A program made the position numbers and the translations under genes. From Candidatus Iainarchaeum sp. (lineage in GTDB: Archaea; Iainarchaeota; Iainarchaeia; Iainarchaeales; VGJJ01), in contig JAZDJQ010000018.1 in the NCBI GenBank assembly GCA_043803765.1, positions 32,001 to 96,000 on the forward strand: DNA of 64,000 nucleotides, given 5' to 3'. The first letter of the stretch is position 1. Every line of letters starts with the position of its first letter. The notes beneath the pieces are model-generated. The model saw only the letters and a list, made by a program, of their open reading frames with translations, was not told the origin of the DNA and searched no databases. Positions 59,702 through 64,000 of the stretch are shown here, piece by piece.

Positions 59702-59775
59702 GCCCGTGTGGTGTAGTCTGGATAGCATAAGGGCTTCCGGAGCCCTTGACCTGGGTTCAAATCCCAGCACGGGTG
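59702..59775 (+). tRNA. tRNA-Arg(CCG)
   Basis: GCCCGTG/CACGGGT-G; AGGGC-TTCCGGA-GCCCT; CTGGG-TTCAAAT-CCCAG. Confidence 0.93.
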
Positions 59776-59776
59776 T

Positions 59777-59856
59777 CTAGGGGTTGTTTTACAATCCCTT
59801 TACCGTTTTCCCCGGGCTTTTCTGAAAAGGCCGGTTCCGAATTCCAGCACGGGTGT
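59777..59856 (+). repeat. Hairpin element plus duplicated tRNA-Arg 3' end
   Basis: TTTTCCCCGGGCTTTTCTGAAAAGGCCGGTTC then CGAATTCCAGCACGGGTGT (13-nt exact match CCAGCACGGGTGT). Confidence 0.8.
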
Positions 59857-59866
59857 TATCTTTCTT

Positions 59867-60163
59867 TCAGAGGAAAGAACGAATACTAGAAACTGGATTG
59901 AGTGATACAATCCAATTTCCAATTAGAAAAAAGAGTTTTCCTCCACTCTTGAGAAGGAAAATTATTCCGATGAGGAATTGAATAAAACATATTATACTTA
60001 GCGCAAGCAACACTCCCGTTATGCGATGACGGGAAAGAAAAGGCCATTTTTCTTCAAGTGAAGCACGAACAAGACCAATGTATACGCTAAGACTGACACG
60101 AAAACAATAGATTTTTTCTTCCACATGAGCGGAAGCTGAATGAAAGAATGCTAGGAACGACAT
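59867..60163 (-). CDS. Small membrane hypothetical protein
   Basis: 98-aa ORF with one TM segment. Confidence 0.45.
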   Translation of the reverse strand: MSFLAFFHSASAHVEEKIYCFRVSLSVYIGLVRASLEEKWPFLSRHRITGVLLALSIICFIQFLIGIIFLLKSGGKLFFLIGNWIVSLNPVSSIRSFL

Positions 60164-60269
60164 GATGAAACACCTATTTGGAGAGTATTACGCCAAAAAC
60201 TAATTTTTGGACGCACCAGCATGAAAAAAGAAACCCTTTATATGGGTTGATTTGCGAGACTATAACATA

Positions 60270-60863
60270 ATGAAACGAATTTCGTTAGAAAACATTCCCT
60301 TTTCATCCCCGCAAAAAGGATATGCTCCGAGGGAAGACTCATGGCTGCTTGCCCACCACCTCCCCAATGCGAAAGGAAAAAAATGCCTCGATATGGGTTG
60401 CGGAAGCGGAATACAGACAGCCGCACTGTTGGTGAATGAAGCAGAAGAAGTATGGTGCGTTGACATCAATCAGGATGCATTAGAAAAAACAAAAAAAATA
60501 GTCGAGAAGTATTTTCCAGGAAAAAAAACACATTATGTCCAATCCAATTTATTTGAAACGATTCTAAATGAAAAATTTGATATTATTGTATTTAATCCAC
60601 CCTATGTTCCAAGCGAAAAAATAAAATGGATGGAAGTAGACGGAGGAAAAAAAGGAAGGGAAATCATTGACGCATTCATTGAAAAAATTCCTTATCATCT
60701 AAATGAAAAAGGAGAATGCTATCTTCTTCAATCATCCCTCAATGGAATACCTATTACCGAAAAAAAAATACGAAAGCATGGAATGAACGGAGTAATTATT
60801 GCACGGCAGAAAATAGCTTTTGAAGAATTGATTATCTTTCGCATCAGTAAAAACAACCTTTAA
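60270..60863 (+). CDS. HemK2/Mtq2-like N5-glutamine methyltransferase
   Basis: YAPREDSWLL, LDMGCGSG, VDIN, FNPPY, GG..G. Confidence 0.9.
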   Translation: MKRISLENIPFSSPQKGYAPREDSWLLAHHLPNAKGKKCLDMGCGSGIQTAALLVNEAEEVWCVDINQDALEKTKKIVEKYFPGKKTHYVQSNLFETILNEKFDIIVFNPPYVPSEKIKWMEVDGGKKGREIIDAFIEKIPYHLNEKGECYLLQSSLNGIPITEKKIRKHGMNGVIIARQKIAFEELIIFRISKNNL

Positions 60864-60890
60864 ATGTACTTTCACCTGCAAATGCATGAC

Positions 60891-60974
60891 GCATGCGTAC
60901 CCAAGCGGTCTAAGGGGCCAGACTCAGACTCTGGTGGCTTAGTGCCTTCGGAGGTTCGAATCCTCCCGCGTGCA
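60891..60974 (+). tRNA. tRNA-Leu(CAG)
   Basis: GCATGCG/CGCGTGC-A; CCAGA-CTCAGAC-TCTGG; long variable arm; TTTAAA promoter. Confidence 0.95.
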
Positions 60975-60975
60975 T

Positions 60976-61083
60976 GTCCAGTTCCGATTGGACCAACCGG
61001 CGTAGCGTGATGGCATGCCATCACTCATCCATTTTTCCCCGGGCTTTTCACAAAAGGCCGGTTCTGAATCCTCCCGCGTGCAT
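60976..61083 (+). repeat. Hairpin element plus duplicated tRNA-Leu 3' end
   Basis: TTTTTCCCCGGGCTTTTCACAAAAGGCCGGTTC then T+GAATCCTCCCGCGTGCAT (18-nt exact match). Confidence 0.8.
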
Positions 61084-61191
61084 CGCGGGTTTCGCCCGGT
61101 CGAAATGAAGTAGCATTATAACGAACCATAACTCGTTTTCGCTCCTTTTGGGCATTTCATTTAATTACCCCTTTTACTATTCCTTCTTTTA

Positions 61192-61251
61192 GGGAATGAT
61201 GACGTAAACCCCGACTGACGAAAGGATGATGAATTAACTCACGTCTGACCC
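61192..61251 (+). ncRNA. C/D-box guide sRNA
   Basis: GGG stem, C ATGATGA (61196), 12-nt guide, D' CTGA, C' ATGATGA (61226), 12-nt guide, D CTGA (61245), CCC; TTTAATTA upstream. Confidence 0.88.
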
Positions 61252-61300
61252 GCTTTCTATTTCCATGGGGGTTAAAAACAGGAAAATGGTTTTCTTACGC

Positions 61301-61999
61301 ATGGTTATTACTTTAACGTTAACCCAAGCCGAATCAAAGAAAGTAATAGAAAAATTAAGGGAATACCCTTCTTTACCTATTCCATCCGCGTATGAGAAGG
61401 CACGCCACCAAGTGGGAGATGCACGTGTAACCGTGTATGCGAGCGGAAAAGTGGTTATCCAAGCAAAAAACAACGAAGTGGAAGAAGCCATTCATGAACG
61501 AATAACGAAATGGTTAGGAAATGAATTAGACGAACTAGTGCTTGGAATGGATGAAACAGGAAGAGGAGAACGGCACGGCCCACTCGTGGTAAGCGGAGTG
61601 TTAGGACAGCGCAACCAACTGCGCGCCGTGAGGGACTCTAAAAAAACACACAACATCAAAGGAGCATATCATACTGCAACCCATAAAAGTAAAATGCAAG
61701 TAAGCGTCTCATTCAATGCTGAAACAATTGACGAACTAAGGAGAAAAGGAATCACGCTCAACGAGATGGAAAGCCATGCCATGCAAAAAATACATGAACT
61801 GATTAACGTTTTTTTCCCTGAATCGATCACGATTGCGGATGGAAAACCTCTTAAAAAAGGAATGAAGGGAATTATTTTTCAAGAAAAAGCAGATGACACC
61901 GAACCAAGTGTAGCAGCAGCAAGTATTGTTGCCAAACATACACGAAATGAGAGTGGAGACCAAAATGAACGGAAAACATGGAAGCGAATTGCGGATTAA
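61301..61999 (+). CDS. RNase HIII-like ribonuclease (TBP-like N domain plus type 2 RNase H)
   Basis: VTVYASGKVVIQ N domain; GMDETGRG, RDSKK, ADG, KAD, VAAASIVAK. Confidence 0.8.
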   Translation: MVITLTLTQAESKKVIEKLREYPSLPIPSAYEKARHQVGDARVTVYASGKVVIQAKNNEVEEAIHERITKWLGNELDELVLGMDETGRGERHGPLVVSGVLGQRNQLRAVRDSKKTHNIKGAYHTATHKSKMQVSVSFNAETIDELRRKGITLNEMESHAMQKIHELINVFFPESITIADGKPLKKGMKGIIFQEKADDTEPSVAAASIVAKHTRNESGDQNERKTWKRIAD

Positions 62000-62018
62000 C
62001 CCGCATTCCAGAATAAAA

Positions 62019-62531
62019 ATGATCAACGCGGCAAAGGCGCCGGATGTTCGATTATGGACAAATGAAAATTTGGCCGAGAAAAAAGAGATTCTTCCTCCAA
62101 AAAGACTAACCCGAGACGAGAGGATAAGATGGTATTCGCAAAGGGATATCAAAATAAGGAGCATTATCAGAAAAGAAAACGAACGAAAAATGAAGATGGA
62201 GGATGAATTCAGGAAAATGGCAAGAAAAGAAGGGCACCTCTCCGAGGAAGCGATCAACAAGATGGAGCCACTGGCCATTAAATTGTTCAGGGTGGAAATG
62301 AGACTGCATCGAATGGAAATATTAGCACTATTGCATCGGACCTATTGGGAAATCGAGGAAAGAAACCCGACACCAGAGGAGTCCAAGCGAATATGGAAAG
62401 AAACCCAAGACGTCATCGAATCCTACCGCAACGTAGAACGGGAAATGATTGAAATGATTAACCATTCCACTGAACGGAAAGGCGGGATAAGAGACATGAT
62501 TATACGATCATTAAGGAAAAAGCGGGATTAG
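62019..62531 (+). CDS. Charged helical orphan
   Basis: R/E/K-rich ORF; start uncertain. Confidence 0.55.
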   Translation: MINAAKAPDVRLWTNENLAEKKEILPPKRLTRDERIRWYSQRDIKIRSIIRKENERKMKMEDEFRKMARKEGHLSEEAINKMEPLAIKLFRVEMRLHRMEILALLHRTYWEIEERNPTPEESKRIWKETQDVIESYRNVEREMIEMINHSTERKGGIRDMIIRSLRKKRD

Positions 62532-63103
62532 AGAACCGCCACCCCTTTTTTCAGGAGAGCAGCCTCCTTCTTAGATAAGGAAAATCGCCGGACGTTTTTT
62601 CCGATCAACGCACTCCCTCCATACGGGTCTAACACCCGCACGGTGAAAGACATTTTTCCTTCTTTGCATTTGGTTAAGTCGCGTATTCTTTCTTTTGCCG
62701 CTTTCGCCTGCTTAGGATTATCACTTTTCATCAGCACGGACAAAACATCCGAAACACGCTCAAGCAGGCCTTCAATATTAGTAAAAAATCCTTCGGCAAA
62801 AGAACCGGGCTCTAATACTACCCCTAATTCTGGAATTTCAACTGTTCCTGAAGAATTGCGAACGATTTTGGTTTCCAAGTCCTTCTCTTTGTGAATACGA
62901 ACATCAAAACCAGTAGGAGAATTGAATTCTAGACTCATCACGTCGGACCATTTCATTCCGCAATGCGAACAAGAAAGAGACTGAAGAAGAATCCTACCAA
63001 AATAAGGAACGTTTTCAACCAATTGAATAATGACGGCCTCCTTCTTACACTGCGGACAAGGAACATGGACAATCGAATGAGGTTCTTCATCTTTTTTCTT
63101 CAT
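62528..63103 (-). CDS. ZPR1 zinc-finger protein (single domain)
   Basis: CPQC...VPYFG...CSHCG, IPELG, TNIEGLL, DPYGGS. Confidence 0.92.
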   Translation of the reverse strand: MKKKDEEPHSIVHVPCPQCKKEAVIIQLVENVPYFGRILLQSLSCSHCGMKWSDVMSLEFNSPTGFDVRIHKEKDLETKIVRNSSGTVEIPELGVVLEPGSFAEGFFTNIEGLLERVSDVLSVLMKSDNPKQAKAAKERIRDLTKCKEGKMSFTVRVLDPYGGSALIGKNVRRFSLSKKEAALLKKGVAVL

Positions 63104-63444
63104 TATGAAACACTCTTCTTCTTTCGTGCATTCCTCACCGGAATGGATTCCAACCAGTTTTTATTCGAATGAAAAGAACGCTCTAATTCCTGCACCCGCT
63201 TCTCAACATCTTCCAAACGGGAAAAAAGCTGGGTTATTTTTACCTGTATTGGGGTAATAGGAGTTTCACGAGAAGAAAAAATGGAATCATTTTCATTAGG
63301 AATTGAAGGAAGGGGAGGGGAAATAGTAGGAGGAATGAATGCGACTCTTACTTGATTTTTTTTCTTAGGAAAAAAATGAACGAGTGCATTCAATAGTAAT
63401 AGAAAAATAGCCACCACCGCTAATACAAAAGAAGTATCAACCAT
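63103..63444 (-). CDS. Membrane-anchored coiled-coil hypothetical protein
   Basis: N-terminal TM, Pro linker, RLEDVEKRVQELE. Confidence 0.65.
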   Translation of the reverse strand: MVDTSFVLAVVAIFLLLLNALVHFFPKKKNQVRVAFIPPTISPPLPSIPNENDSIFSSRETPITPIQVKITQLFSRLEDVEKRVQELERSFHSNKNWLESIPVRNARKKKSVS

Positions 63445-63451
63445 TTCAGCA

Positions 63452-64000
63452 TCACACCCTCGAACTGTTTATAGTTAACGTTGGAAAAAAACGAGCAAAA
63501 AGATGTTCCTGCGCACGCTCAACTTCTTCAAGAGAAACCCCTTTTATTTCCGCCACACGACGCGCAACGAGTGGAATCCAACTCGGGTCAGAAGGCTTCC
63601 CGCCAAAAGGAATAGGAGAATCCGTTTCCAACCCTATCAACTCAAGGGGCTGATTTTGAATAAAGGTATCCATATGAGAAGAATTCAAAATAGCCGGACC
63701 TACCGTGCATACCCATTTTTTCTCAATAATAAGACGTTGCTGGGTTGGATTGCCTGAAAACCAATGCAAAATTACCTTTTGGGCACCCCCCTCGCTTAAT
63801 CGATCCAAACATTGTTGTTTTGCATGACGAGAGTGAACCACAATGAGTTTATCATATTCTACCGCCCATTCAATAAACTGACGAAAAACATGCATTTGCA
63901 ATGATTGCTTCTCAGTCGTATCCCCATACAAAAAATCAAGACCGGTTTCTCCAAGGTAAGGAGCATCTTCCACATGACCCTTATACCAAGCAAGCGTTTT
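63452..64000 (-). CDS. tatD: TatD-family DNase (5' end outside window)
   Basis: GETGLDF, VHSR, LHWFSG, LETDSP; ORF open to window edge. Confidence 0.9.
   Translation of the reverse strand, partial: KTLAWYKGHVEDAPYLGETGLDFLYGDTTEKQSLQMHVFRQFIEWAVEYDKLIVVHSRHAKQQCLDRLSEGGAQKVILHWFSGNPTQQRLIIEKKWVCTVGPAILNSSHMDTFIQNQPLELIGLETDSPIPFGGKPSDPSWIPLVARRVAEIKGVSLEEVERAQEHLFARFFPTLTINSSRV

Noticed and set aside
1-64000. Provirus or large integrative element
   Set aside because: No integrase, terminase, capsid or replication module seen; tRNA-end duplications enclose only ~80-110 bp

Overview
Chromosomal segment of a small-genome archaeon, most likely DPANN (Iainarchaeota/Diapherotrites-like). This is inferred from thermosome, archaeal TrpRS/IleRS, NucS, Lhr-MPE, XPD, ZPR1, histone folds, TATA-type promoters and CCA-less tRNAs. 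About 65 CDS mix housekeeping genes, a cell-surface/Ig-like protein cluster, glycosyltransferases and many orphans. There are five tRNAs (Ile-TAT, Val-CAC, Leu-TAG, Arg-CCG, Leu-CAG) and two C/D-box guide sRNAs. The most unusual signal is non-coding and tRNA-linked. (1) A ~92-bp structured unit with covarying stems begins with a copy of the adjacent tRNA's own 5' end; it occurs three times in tandem before tRNA-Arg and once before tRNA-Ile. (2) A second hairpin element sits at the T-loop of tRNA-Arg and tRNA-Leu with a duplicated tRNA 3' end, and the same hairpin forms a 46-47-bp tandem array at 22.7-23.0 kb. Other observations: two convergent (tail-to-tail) RelE-like toxin/micro-antitoxin pairs (one frameshifted), an enolase with substituted catalytic residues next to a degenerate HAD protein, a UAU-anticodon tRNA-Ile, two non-canonical histones, an ATPase cassette flanked by a decayed copy of the XPD 3' end, an IS200/IS605-like miniature element, and a set of orphans with Arg/Lys/Pro-rich N-termini. 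All calls were made by eye without database searches.
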